Below are positions 1 to 8,143 of a stretch of DNA of 30,326 nucleotides, one piece after another. The stretch spans positions 1 through 30,326 of the forward strand of contig JBGQHJ010000047.1 in assembly GCA_041497895.1 (NCBI GenBank), given 5' to 3'. The first letter of the stretch is position 1; each line of letters starts with the position of its first letter. Position numbers and translations under genes: made by a program. The stretch comes from Candidatus Methylomirabilia bacterium (GTDB lineage Bacteria > Methylomirabilota > Methylomirabilia > Rokubacteriales > CSP1-6). The notes under the pieces are model-generated. The model searched no databases and was not told where the DNA came from. It was given only the letters and a program-made list of their open reading frames with translations.

Positions 1-102
1 GCTCCCTCATCCGCGGACACCGCCGCCCTGGCGGCTGCGGCGCGCCCGGCCCGTCCCGCGGAGGTTCCGCTCGCGGAGTCCTGGATCCGGGAGTAGCCCG
101 GC

Positions 103-306
103 TCAGGCCTGGAAGGCGGCCAGCGCCTCCTGCAGGCGCTCCGCGTCGGGATCGTGGGCGCTCACCGATCGCCCGAAGCGCGCCCCGCACGGACAGATCA
201 CGGCCAGCCGGAAGCCGCCGCCCTCGATCGCCTTGGTGGCGCCGCGTAGCACGCCGCACTCACGATGTGTGAGGACGAAGCCCCGCAGCTCGGCGTAGAC
301 GCCCAT
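103..306 (-). CDS. Small hypothetical protein (67 aa) with H-x2-C and C-x-C motifs, possible metal binding
   Basis: ORF MGVYAELRGFVLTHRECG...VICPCGARF. ATG at 306 lies 8 nt downstream of an extended -10 (TGcTACTAT, 315-323 on minus), so it is preferred over the TTG at 324. Confidence 0.7.
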   Translation of the reverse strand: MGVYAELRGFVLTHRECGVLRGATKAIEGGGFRLAVICPCGARFGRSVSAHDPDAERLQEALAAFQA

Positions 307-369
307 GGCGCTCGATAGTAGCAAACCACGAATGACCCGATCGTCTGATACACTCGCGAGTCCGTCCGA

Positions 370-1227
370 TCAGGCGGACGGGATCGGCCGGCTCAAGAAC
401 TCATCCAGCGCCTCGGCGAACGTGACGGGCGCGTCGAGCACCAGATGGTGATACGTCCCGGGAATCTCCACCAGTCGGGCACGCGGCAAGCGCGCGAGCA
501 TGTCCGCCGCCATCTGCCGCGGCAGGATCGGGGAGTGCTCCCCGCGCACGAGCAGCGTCGGCGCGGTGATGCGCTCCAGCAGCGCCCAGCCGTCGATGGG
601 ACGCCGTCGGCCGTTGCAGGCGGGATCGAATCGGTAGAGGAAGCGACCCTCACGCTCGGTGATGCCCTCGCGCGCCAGGTGCTCGAGCAGCCGTGCATCG
701 GCGACCGTCTCGCGCGGCAGGAGCCGGAAGCTCCTGAGCGCGGACTCGAGCGTCGCGTGGCGCATCGGCCCGCGGTCACCGCGCCGATGCATGGTCTGCA
801 GCCGCTCGGCCGGGATCGAGGGCCGGCTGTCCACCACGACCAGCCGCTCCACGCGCTCGGGGTGCCAGGCCGCGAACGCCATCGCGTTGTGGCCACCCAT
901 GGAGTGGCCGACCACGGTCATCCGGGCCCAGCCCAGGGCGTCCATCACGCCCACCAGGTCACGGGCGAAGTCCTCGGTGGCATAAGCCGGGTCGGGCGCC
1001 CACTGGCTGGCCCCGTGGCCGCGCTGATCGAGCGCGAGCGCGTGGTAGCGATCGATGAAGGCGGGAACGACGGCGTCGAACCAGTGGGCGTGGGCGGAGC
1101 CGCCGTGGAGGAAGCAGAGCGCCGGGTGGCCCGGCTCGCCCCATTCGAGGGCGTGGAGGGCCAGGCCGCCGATCGGAAGGGTGCGCTGCCGGGCCGTCTC
1201 GCAGGCGAAGCGGGTCAGGTCGGTCAT
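370..1227 (-). CDS. Alpha/beta fold hydrolase
   Basis: HGG oxyanion motif (FLHGGSAH), LDQRGHG, nucleophile elbow GHSMGG and C-terminal His (GTYHHL). Start set at ATG 1227 because the ATG at 1236 overlaps the TACAAT -10 box (1235-1240). Confidence 0.92.
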   Translation of the reverse strand: MTDLTRFACETARQRTLPIGGLALHALEWGEPGHPALCFLHGGSAHAHWFDAVVPAFIDRYHALALDQRGHGASQWAPDPAYATEDFARDLVGVMDALGWARMTVVGHSMGGHNAMAFAAWHPERVERLVVVDSRPSIPAERLQTMHRRGDRGPMRHATLESALRSFRLLPRETVADARLLEHLAREGITEREGRFLYRFDPACNGRRRPIDGWALLERITAPTLLVRGEHSPILPRQMAADMLARLPRARLVEIPGTYHHLVLDAPVTFAEALDEFLSRPIPSA

Positions 1228-1273
1228 GCGCCGCATTGTACTCAGGCGGTTGCTCGGTTGTGACGAATCGCGT

Positions 1274-1306
1274 TGTCAGCTGGCGGACTTTGTCAGCCTT
1301 CCGACA
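1274..1306 (+). promoter_or_regulatory. Tandem upstream activator sequences (TGT-N10-ACA type) for a sigma54 enhancer-binding protein
   Basis: TGTCAGCTGGCGGACT (1274-1289) and palindromic TGTCAGCCTTCCGACA (1291-1306) share TGTCAGC and lie about 90-120 bp upstream of the inferred sigma54 start site. Confidence 0.6.
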
Positions 1307-1341
1307 GGTTCAGGAGGTGGGCCGGGAACCGGCGACCACGT

Positions 1342-1354
1342 TTTCAGTCACTTG
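1342..1354 (+). promoter_or_regulatory. IHF-like binding site
   Basis: TTTCAGTCACTTG has one mismatch to WATCARNNNNTTR and sits between the UAS pair and the -24/-12 box. Confidence 0.5.
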
Positions 1355-1368
1355 CCGGAGTGACGAGA

Positions 1369-1384
1369 TGGCAAGCGGGTTGCT
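1369..1384 (+). promoter_or_regulatory. Sigma54 (RpoN) -24/-12 promoter
   Basis: TGGCAAGCGGGTTGCT has exact GG-N10-GC spacing and one mismatch to TGGCACG-N4-TTGCW. It lies 70 bp upstream of ATG 1455. Confidence 0.8.
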
Positions 1385-1454
1385 CACGTTTTTGTCGTCT
1401 CGCGGAATTCCCTTGGCCCAACGCACCTCCTAACGGGATAGTCAGGAAAGAAGA

Positions 1455-2969
1455 ATGAGCCAAAGCTCGATACCCCGCTCGCTCTCCTGGACCTCGCTCT
1501 TCATTCTCACGCTGGTCGCCGCCCTGCTGGAGTCGCTGATCCTGTTCCCGTCGACGCTGGTCCCGGGCACCCGCCTGGCGGCCGCCCTGTCCTGGGACGC
1601 CAGCAACCCTGGCTACCCCGCGCCGGAGACCCCGGCCGCGGAGACGCCCGCTCCGGTGGAGGCCCCCGCCACGACGGTCCCGACCCCGGCCGGGTCGCCC
1701 GCCGCACTGGCTCCGGCCCAGCCGGCGCCCGAGCCGGCCGAGCCGCGCGTGATCACCGGCCGCGTGATCGACGCCGCCACCGGCAGCCCGCTGCGGGGCG
1801 CGTCGATCTGGGCGGGCCCCGTCGAGGTCGTGACCGACGCGGAGGGCCGCTTCACCACCACGCCGGTGGTGCCCGGCAGCACGATCTGGGTGAAGAGCCC
1901 GGGTTACGAGCGGCGCAAGCTCACCGCCGGAGCCGCCGAGGTCACGGTCAAGCTGCCGCCGCATCCGATCCGCGCCGCCTACCTCACCTACTACGGCGTG
2001 GCCGACCGCGGCATCCGCCAGCGGGTGCTCGACCTCGTATCGCGCACCGAGCTCAACGCGGTGGTCATCGACGTCAAGGGCGACCGCGGAATGATCCCCT
2101 ACCGCACCTCGGTGCAGGCCGCGATCGACGCGGGCGCGCAGGGTCCGGTCATCATCAAGGACTTCGAGGACCAGCTCGCCTCCTGGAAGGCGCAGGGCAT
2201 CTACACCATCGCCCGCATCGTGGCCTTCAAGGACAACCTCCGGGCCACGACCCGGCCCGACCTCGCCGTCATCGACACCCGCACCGGCAAGCCGTGGACC
2301 GACCGGGAGAACCTCGCGTGGGTCGACCCCTTCCGCGAGGAGAACTGGAACTACCTGATCGCGGTGGCCAAGGAAGCCGTCGCCAAGGGCTTCGACGAGG
2401 TGCAGTTCGACTACGTCCGCTTCCCCACCGACGGCAAGCTGTCGGCCGCGCGCTACTCGCAGCCGAACAACGTATCCACCCGCCTGCCCACCATCGCCGC
2501 ATTCCTGGCCAAGGCCCGTCGTGAGCTCGGGCCCACCGGAGCCTTCCTCGGCGCCGACGTGTTCGGCTACACCGCCTTCAACTCCAACGACACCGACATC
2601 GGGCAGCGCATCGAGGAGCTGTCCGCGCACCTCGACTACATGTGCCCGATGGTCTACCCGTCGGGCTATCACCTGGGGATTCCCGGCTTCCGGAACCCGG
2701 TGCAGCACCCGTACGAGGTCGTGAAGGAGAGCGTGCGGCTCACCCGCCAGCGCTCCCAGAACCCGGCCATGCAGGTGCGGCCGTGGCTGCAGGACTTCAA
2801 GGACTACGCCTTCGACAAGCGCATCTTCGGGCCCGGCGAGGTCATGGCCCAGATCCGTGCCGCCAATGACGCGGGCGCGGCGGGCTGGATGCTGTGGAAC
2901 CCGAGGAACGACTACACGGCGGCGGCGCTGCGGCCGAAGACCTCCGCCCTGACGAAATCCAGCCAGTAG
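1455..2969 (+). CDS. Putative glycoside hydrolase (DUF4015 family) with N-terminal TM segment, Pro/Ala linker and carboxypeptidase-regulatory-like beta-sandwich
   Basis: Motifs ELNAVVIDVKGDRG, YTIARIVAFKD, AWVDP, GFDEVQFDYVRFP, PMVYPS, RPWLQDF and WMLWNP; ITGRVIDAATGSPLRGA domain; AGGA RBS. Confidence 0.85.
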   Translation: MSQSSIPRSLSWTSLFILTLVAALLESLILFPSTLVPGTRLAAALSWDASNPGYPAPETPAAETPAPVEAPATTVPTPAGSPAALAPAQPAPEPAEPRVITGRVIDAATGSPLRGASIWAGPVEVVTDAEGRFTTTPVVPGSTIWVKSPGYERRKLTAGAAEVTVKLPPHPIRAAYLTYYGVADRGIRQRVLDLVSRTELNAVVIDVKGDRGMIPYRTSVQAAIDAGAQGPVIIKDFEDQLASWKAQGIYTIARIVAFKDNLRATTRPDLAVIDTRTGKPWTDRENLAWVDPFREENWNYLIAVAKEAVAKGFDEVQFDYVRFPTDGKLSAARYSQPNNVSTRLPTIAAFLAKARRELGPTGAFLGADVFGYTAFNSNDTDIGQRIEELSAHLDYMCPMVYPSGYHLGIPGFRNPVQHPYEVVKESVRLTRQRSQNPAMQVRPWLQDFKDYAFDKRIFGPGEVMAQIRAANDAGAAGWMLWNPRNDYTAAALRPKTSALTKSSQ

Positions 2970-2971
2970 CC

Positions 2972-3931
2972 ATGCGTGCCGTCGTCGCGGCCATCCTGCT
3001 CGCGGTCTGCCTGGGCGCGGCCGTCCTCGTGGACGCCCAGGCCCCGACGCCGCCCCCCAACGAGGTCGGCCGCGTGATGATCCTCGAGTATCACAAGATC
3101 GACAACCCCGAGGCCCGCTGGACCCGCACCCCCGAGAACTTCAAGCGCGACCTGGTCCGCCTCTGGGAGCGGGGCTATCGCACGGTGGCCCTCACCGACT
3201 ACCTCGACGGCAAGATCGCCCTGCCCGCCGGCACCACCCCGGTCATCCTCACCTTCGACGACTCCTCGCCGGGCCAGTTCCGCTACCTCCAGAAGGGCAA
3301 CGATTGGGTCATCGATCCCGAGTGCGCGATCGGCATTCTCGAGGCCTTCGCGCGCGAGCACCCGGGCTTCGGGCACGCCGCCACCTTCTACGTGCTGCCG
3401 GGCGCCAAGGCCCCCAACGACCTGTTCAACCAGAAGGACCTGGCGGGGCGCAAGCTCCAGTACCTGGTGAGCCAGGGCTACGAGATCGGCAACCACACCC
3501 TCTGGCACGCCGAGCTCGGGCGGTACCCGGAGGCCACCGTGCGCGACCAGCTCGCGACCGCGCAGGTGTGGGTGCAGCGCCACGTGCCCGGGTATCGGTT
3601 CCGCACGCTGGCCCTTCCGCTCGGCAGCTATCCGAAGGAGCTCGCCTGGGCGGTGTCGGGAGAAGCCAAGGGCATGACGTACAAGCACGACGCCATCCTG
3701 ATGGTGGCGGGCGGGGCGGCACCCTCGCCGTACGCGAAGAACTTCGACCCACTCCACCTGCCCCGTATCCAGGTGATCGACAAGGACTTCGACTACTGGC
3801 TCACCTACTTCGACCGGAACCCCGGCGAGCGCTACGTGAGCGACGGCGATCCCGCCACCATCACGGTGGCGAGCGGCAGCACCGGGAAGCTGGGCACGGT
3901 GAAGTCCGCCCGCGTGATCGAGCGACGGTAG
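2972..3931 (+). CDS. Exported polysaccharide deacetylase (CE4/NodB family)
   Basis: Signal peptide MRAVVAAILLAVCLGAAVLVDA, ILEYH, LTFDDS, EIGNHTLWH, LPLG and LPRI motifs. Starts 2 bp after the upstream stop. Confidence 0.9.
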   Translation: MRAVVAAILLAVCLGAAVLVDAQAPTPPPNEVGRVMILEYHKIDNPEARWTRTPENFKRDLVRLWERGYRTVALTDYLDGKIALPAGTTPVILTFDDSSPGQFRYLQKGNDWVIDPECAIGILEAFAREHPGFGHAATFYVLPGAKAPNDLFNQKDLAGRKLQYLVSQGYEIGNHTLWHAELGRYPEATVRDQLATAQVWVQRHVPGYRFRTLALPLGSYPKELAWAVSGEAKGMTYKHDAILMVAGGAAPSPYAKNFDPLHLPRIQVIDKDFDYWLTYFDRNPGERYVSDGDPATITVASGSTGKLGTVKSARVIERR

Positions 3932-3947
3932 ACGCCGGACCGCGCGC

Positions 3948-6293
3948 CTACTTGTAGATCAGGTATGGCGCGCGGCGCTGCAGGAAGCTGGCGCGCGAGG
4001 CGTCGGCCCAGCCCTGAATCCGCGCGAAGGGGTCCCCGCGCAGGATCGACCACATCGTGACCCGGTTCACCAGCAGGTTCTGGATCGCCGCCGGCCGGAA
4101 CTGCGCCGGGTAGCGCTCCATCAGCTCTCGGCCCAGCGCGAGGCCGACCGTCACCGGGCGGATCGCGTCGCGGTCCCTCACCTCCAGCTGCACCCCTCCC
4201 GCCACCTGGCCCGCGTACACGCTCGAGGTCGGCGTGAAGAATACCCCCTGGAAGCGCACGCCGCTGAGGCCACGGGCGTTCATCGCGTCGGCCAGGTTCT
4301 GAGGATCGATGACCCACGGGGCGCCGACCACCTCGAACGGCGTGTCGGTGCCGCGTCCGACCGAGACGTTGGTCGCCTCCAGCAGTCCGACCCCCGAGTA
4401 GAGCAGGGCCTGCATCTGGGTCCGGATGTTGGGGGACGGGTTCACCCACGGCAGCCCGGTCTCGTCGAACCACTGCCCGCGCTGCCAGCGATCGAGCGGC
4501 ACCACGGTCAGCTTCACCGGCAGCTTCCGCTCCGCGACCACCATCTGGGCGAACTCGCCGATGGTCATGCCGGTCCGCACCGGAATCGTGTGCGGGGCGG
4601 TGAACGAGCGCATGTCGGGGTCCATCAGCGGCCCCTCGACCACGCTGCCGGTGATCGGGTTGGGGCGGTCCAGCACCATCACGTGAATCCCGCGGCGCCC
4701 GCCTTCCTCCAGCGCGTAGACGAGCGTGGTGAGGTACGTGTAGTACCGGACGCCCACGTCCTGGATGTCGAAGACCAGCGTGTCGATGCCGTTCAGCATC
4801 TCGGGAGACGGACGGCGCGCCGGGCCGTACAGGCTCCAGATCGGAAGCCCGGTGGCCGCGTCCCGGCCGTTCGGCACGTTGGCGTCCACCTGCCCGGTGA
4901 TCCCGTGCTCCGGCGAGAACAGCGCGCGCAGCCGCACCCGGGGCGCGGCGGCGAGCAGGTCGACGCCACGCCGCCCCTGGCCATCCACGCCGGTCTGGTT
5001 GGTGATGAGGCCGACCTGGCGACCCGCGAGCGGCGCGAAGTCGTCCGCGACCAGCCGGTCGAGACCGGTGAGCGTGGGCCCCTCCGGGCGGGCGGGCCCA
5101 TCCGCCGCCGGCGCGACGGTCGGGCTCTCGACCGCGGCGGGCGGGGCGACCGGCGGCTCCTCGCGGGACGCGAAGCGTGTGCCGATGGCCGCGCTGACGC
5201 GGCGCCGCAGCTCGGCCACGTCACCCTTGCCGTAGGGATGCACCCGGTTGGTGAGGAGGACCATGTAGACCTGACTCGGCGGGTCCATCCAGATCGCGGT
5301 GCCGGTGAAGCCGGTGTGGCCGACCGAGCCAATCGGGAAGTAGGAGCCGAGCGTCCGGGAATAGGGCGACGCGATGTCCCAGCCCAGGCCGCGCGTGGTC
5401 TCGCCGATCACGTGCGGCGAGAACATCGCGCGCACGGTGGCTTCCTTGAGATAGCGGCGGCCGCCCAGCGCCCCGCCCGACAGCAGCATGCGGCAGTAAC
5501 GGCTCAGGTCCGCCGCGGTCGAGAAGACGCCCGCGTGACCCGCGACGCCGTGCAGGAGGCGGGAGTTGCCGTCGTGCACCACCCCGCGCAACGGCCCGTG
5601 CGCGTTGACGACCTCGGTGGGGGCGACGCGCTTCTGCCAGGACTGGGGCGGCGCGAACGCTGTGTCGCGCATGCCAAGCGGGGTATAGAAGTTGCGCTGG
5701 GCGAAGCGGTCGAGCGGCTCACCGCTCACCCGCCGCACGAGCTCGCCGAGCAGGATGAATCCGGTGTCGCTGTAGAGGAACGTGGTGCCCGGCGCCACCG
5801 AGAGCCCGGCCTTCGCCTGCAGCCGCGCCCCTTCCGGGAAGCCCTTCACCATGGCCTCGTGCGAGGGCAGGTCGGGCGTGCCCGCGGAGTGGGTGAGCAG
5901 CCGCGCCACCGTGACGTCCTGGAAGGCGGGGGTGTTGAACTCCTTGAGGTAGTGCCCGAGCGGCGCGTTCAGGTCCACCTTGCCCAGCTCCCACAGCCGC
6001 AGGACGGAGGGCGTGGTGGCCACCACCTTGGTGAGCGAGGCGATATCGAAGATGGTGTCGGCGGTCATCAGCTCGGGATGGGGCACGGTCGCGCGCCAGC
6101 CGAGGACCTTCCGGTGCAGGATCTGATCGCCCTGGCCCACGATCAGCACGGCGCCGGGAACTTCCGAGGCGGCCACCGAGTCCCGCACCGCCTCGTCCAC
6201 CGCCTGCGTCCAAGCCGCGGGCTGCGCCGTCACCGCCATGGGTGTGAAGGAGATCAGCAGCGCTACCAGGAACAGCACTGCGCAACCGCGCAT
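3948..6293 (-). CDS. namZ: Exported serine hydrolase (beta-lactamase class C-like) fused to exo-beta-N-acetylmuramidase NamZ (DUF1343)
   Basis: Signal peptide; N-domain SxxK (ASLTK), YSD and GHTG; Pro-rich linker; C-domain GLITNQTG, FSPEHG, FDIQDVGVRYYTY, DRPNP, PSPN and GRGT. Confidence 0.9.
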   Translation of the reverse strand: MRGCAVLFLVALLISFTPMAVTAQPAAWTQAVDEAVRDSVAASEVPGAVLIVGQGDQILHRKVLGWRATVPHPELMTADTIFDIASLTKVVATTPSVLRLWELGKVDLNAPLGHYLKEFNTPAFQDVTVARLLTHSAGTPDLPSHEAMVKGFPEGARLQAKAGLSVAPGTTFLYSDTGFILLGELVRRVSGEPLDRFAQRNFYTPLGMRDTAFAPPQSWQKRVAPTEVVNAHGPLRGVVHDGNSRLLHGVAGHAGVFSTAADLSRYCRMLLSGGALGGRRYLKEATVRAMFSPHVIGETTRGLGWDIASPYSRTLGSYFPIGSVGHTGFTGTAIWMDPPSQVYMVLLTNRVHPYGKGDVAELRRRVSAAIGTRFASREEPPVAPPAAVESPTVAPAADGPARPEGPTLTGLDRLVADDFAPLAGRQVGLITNQTGVDGQGRRGVDLLAAAPRVRLRALFSPEHGITGQVDANVPNGRDAATGLPIWSLYGPARRPSPEMLNGIDTLVFDIQDVGVRYYTYLTTLVYALEEGGRRGIHVMVLDRPNPITGSVVEGPLMDPDMRSFTAPHTIPVRTGMTIGEFAQMVVAERKLPVKLTVVPLDRWQRGQWFDETGLPWVNPSPNIRTQMQALLYSGVGLLEATNVSVGRGTDTPFEVVGAPWVIDPQNLADAMNARGLSGVRFQGVFFTPTSSVYAGQVAGGVQLEVRDRDAIRPVTVGLALGRELMERYPAQFRPAAIQNLLVNRVTMWSILRGDPFARIQGWADASRASFLQRRAPYLIYK

Positions 6294-6363
6294 ACCCCAT
6301 GATACGAGGTTGTCGGCCAAGCGCGGCGCGAAAATCGTGATGCCCCGTGCTACGCTTCGCCTC

Positions 6364-7269
6364 GTGGCGCAGCGCGTATTCGTGACCGGCAGCACCGGCT
6401 TCGTCGGCAAGCATGTCGCTCGCGCACTCCTTGCGCAGGGATTTCTCGTCCGCTGCCTGGTGCGGCCGGGCTCCGAGCACGATCTCAAGGGCTTCGCCTC
6501 GATCGACCGCGTCCCGGGCGACGTGCTCGAGCCCGACGGCCTCGCGCCGAGCGTCGAGGGCTGTGCCGCCATCGTCCATCTCGTCGGCATCATCCGCGAG
6601 CAGCCGAGCCGGGGCGTCACCTTCGACCGCCTGCACGCGCAGGCGACCCGGAACATGCTCGAGCTCGCGCGCAAGGCCGGGGTCCCGCGCTACGTGCAGA
6701 TGAGCGCGCTCGGCACGCGTCCGGGTGCCCGCGCCCGCTACCACCGGACCAAGTGGGAAGCCGAGGAGGCCGTCCGGGCGAGCGGTCTCGACTGGACCAT
6801 CTTCCGCCCGTCGATCATCTTCGGGCGGGGTGACGCCTTCGTGTCGGTCCTGGCTCGGGTGATCAAGCGTCTTCCCTTCGTGCCGGTGCTGGGAAACGGT
6901 CGGTACCGGCTCCAGCCGATCCCGGTGGAGCAGGTCGCCGAAGGCTTCGCCCGCGCGATCCGGACGCCCGCGACCGTGCGGCAGACGTACGAGGCGGCGG
7001 GCCCCGCGCCGTACGCCTTCGTGGACCTGCTCGACGAGATCGCCCGCGCGCTCGGGCGTGCCCGCGCCCGGAAGCTCCACGTCCCGCTGGGTCCGGTGCG
7101 CCTCGTGACCCGCGGGCTCGAGTGGCTACCGTTCTACCCGGTCTCCTCGGACCAGCTCACGATGCTGGAGGAGGAGAGCGTCACCGATCCGTCGCGCTTC
7201 TTCGCCGATCTCGGGCTCGAGCCCGAGCCGCTGGCGGCCGGGCTCCGGCGGATGCTCGGCCACTCATGA
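6364..7269 (+). CDS. NAD-dependent epimerase/dehydratase, complex I NDUFA9-like SDR
   Basis: VFVTGSTGFVG Rossmann motif, HLVGIIRE, MSALG, YxxxK (YHRTK) and FRPSIIFG. GTG start 7 nt after TGcTACGCT. Confidence 0.9.
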   Translation: MAQRVFVTGSTGFVGKHVARALLAQGFLVRCLVRPGSEHDLKGFASIDRVPGDVLEPDGLAPSVEGCAAIVHLVGIIREQPSRGVTFDRLHAQATRNMLELARKAGVPRYVQMSALGTRPGARARYHRTKWEAEEAVRASGLDWTIFRPSIIFGRGDAFVSVLARVIKRLPFVPVLGNGRYRLQPIPVEQVAEGFARAIRTPATVRQTYEAAGPAPYAFVDLLDEIARALGRARARKLHVPLGPVRLVTRGLEWLPFYPVSSDQLTMLEEESVTDPSRFFADLGLEPEPLAAGLRRMLGHS

Positions 7270-7733
7270 GCGAGTGGCCGCACCGGGGCGCCTTCCCCCA
7301 CCAGCACGGCGACGCCCGGGGCCTGCTCGAGCGCATCGAGGCCCAGCTCCGCGAGCGCATCGACGAGGCGATCGAGATGGCGGCCCTCAAGCTGATGGTC
7401 GACACGCGCGCCCAGGCGGGGCGGCCGGCCCCGGAGAGCACCAGTGCGGCCGACCGCGCCGAGTTCGAGAGCACCGCCCGGGCCCTGCTGATCCGGCTGC
7501 GCGAGCGCTTCCTCGCCGAGCTGCCCGTCGAGCTGCGGCCGCGCCACGACCAGGCCGAGGCCGCGGTGGCGGACGAGGCGGCGCGGCCGCTGGCCGGCCA
7601 GGTCTTCCTGGCGCGCCAGCTGCCGGACTACTGGCAACGCTTCGAGCGCTACCAGCAGGAAGACGCCCAGGAGCGCCTGGCTGACCCGGCCAGGCCCGGC
7701 GGCTGGCTCCGGCGGCTCTTCGGCCAGGCCTGA
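7266..7733 (+). CDS. Hypothetical protein (helical, 155 aa)
   Basis: ATGA overlap with the upstream stop, GC3-rich codons, C-terminal WLRRLFG amphipathic tail. No family recognised. Confidence 0.75.
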   Translation: MSEWPHRGAFPHQHGDARGLLERIEAQLRERIDEAIEMAALKLMVDTRAQAGRPAPESTSAADRAEFESTARALLIRLRERFLAELPVELRPRHDQAEAAVADEAARPLAGQVFLARQLPDYWQRFERYQQEDAQERLADPARPGGWLRRLFGQA

Positions 7734-7749
7734 GCGGTCGCCCTAGCGC

Positions 7750-8022
7750 TCAGGCCGCGCGGAGCTGCCCTGTCGCCTCCGGGGCCTCGCGCCTGAGGCC
7801 GGCCAGCGCCCAGAGATCCTCGCACTCCTCGATCGCCCGGGCCCACTCGGCGTAACCATCGAGCAGCGCTGTGCGGAGCACCGTCAGACGGTCCTCCGAG
7901 CGCTCGATGCGCGTCCTGAGATCCGACCTCAGCCCCGCGGCGCTGTCATCTCCCGCGCGCGCGGCGATTCGATCGACCAGGCGGTTCAGATCGTCCTGTA
8001 GCAGTCTCTCGAAGTGGTTCAT
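7750..8022 (-). CDS. Small hypothetical coiled-coil protein (90 aa)
   Basis: GGAGGT RBS 6 nt before ATG 8022 (MNHFERLLQDDLNRLVDRI); own TTGACA promoter upstream. Confidence 0.75.
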   Translation of the reverse strand: MNHFERLLQDDLNRLVDRIAARAGDDSAAGLRSDLRTRIERSEDRLTVLRTALLDGYAEWARAIEECEDLWALAGLRREAPEATGQLRAA

Positions 8023-8041
8023 CCCTGCACCTCCCGTTGGA

Positions 8042-8077
8042 CTCATATACTAAACATATGAGGATGTATCCTGTCAA
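8042..8077 (-). promoter_or_regulatory. Sigma70-type promoter with overlapping palindromes and a shared SOS-like motif
   Basis: Minus-strand TTGACA (8072-8077) followed by TTTAGTAT. Palindromes CTCATAT-N7-ATATGAG (8042-8062) and AGGATGTATCCT (8061-8072). ATACTAAACATATGAGGA is 15/18 identical to 15468-15485. Confidence 0.65.
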
Positions 8078-8097
8078 CCCGGGCCGTTCCAGAACCC

Positions 8098-8143
8098 TTG
8101 ACAACCTGAAACAGACGGCATACCATCAGCAACACATGTTGCA
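8098..8143 (+). promoter_or_regulatory. chr operon sigma70 promoter and probable ChrB operator
   Basis: TTGACA (8098-8103)-N17-TACCAT (8121-8126). Palindrome GCAAC-ACAT-GTTGC (8129-8142) overlaps the ATG, and a related half-site TGAAAC begins at 8107. Confidence 0.75.

Noticed and set aside
1..10. Possible minus-strand ATG (8-10) of a gene running off the left edge
   Set aside because: Only three codons are visible, with no supporting RBS or homology.
1600..1745. Short repeats (PAPETPAAETPAP) in the DUF4015 gene
   Set aside because: Low-complexity Pro/Ala linker inside a CDS, not a CRISPR array or tandem repeat locus.
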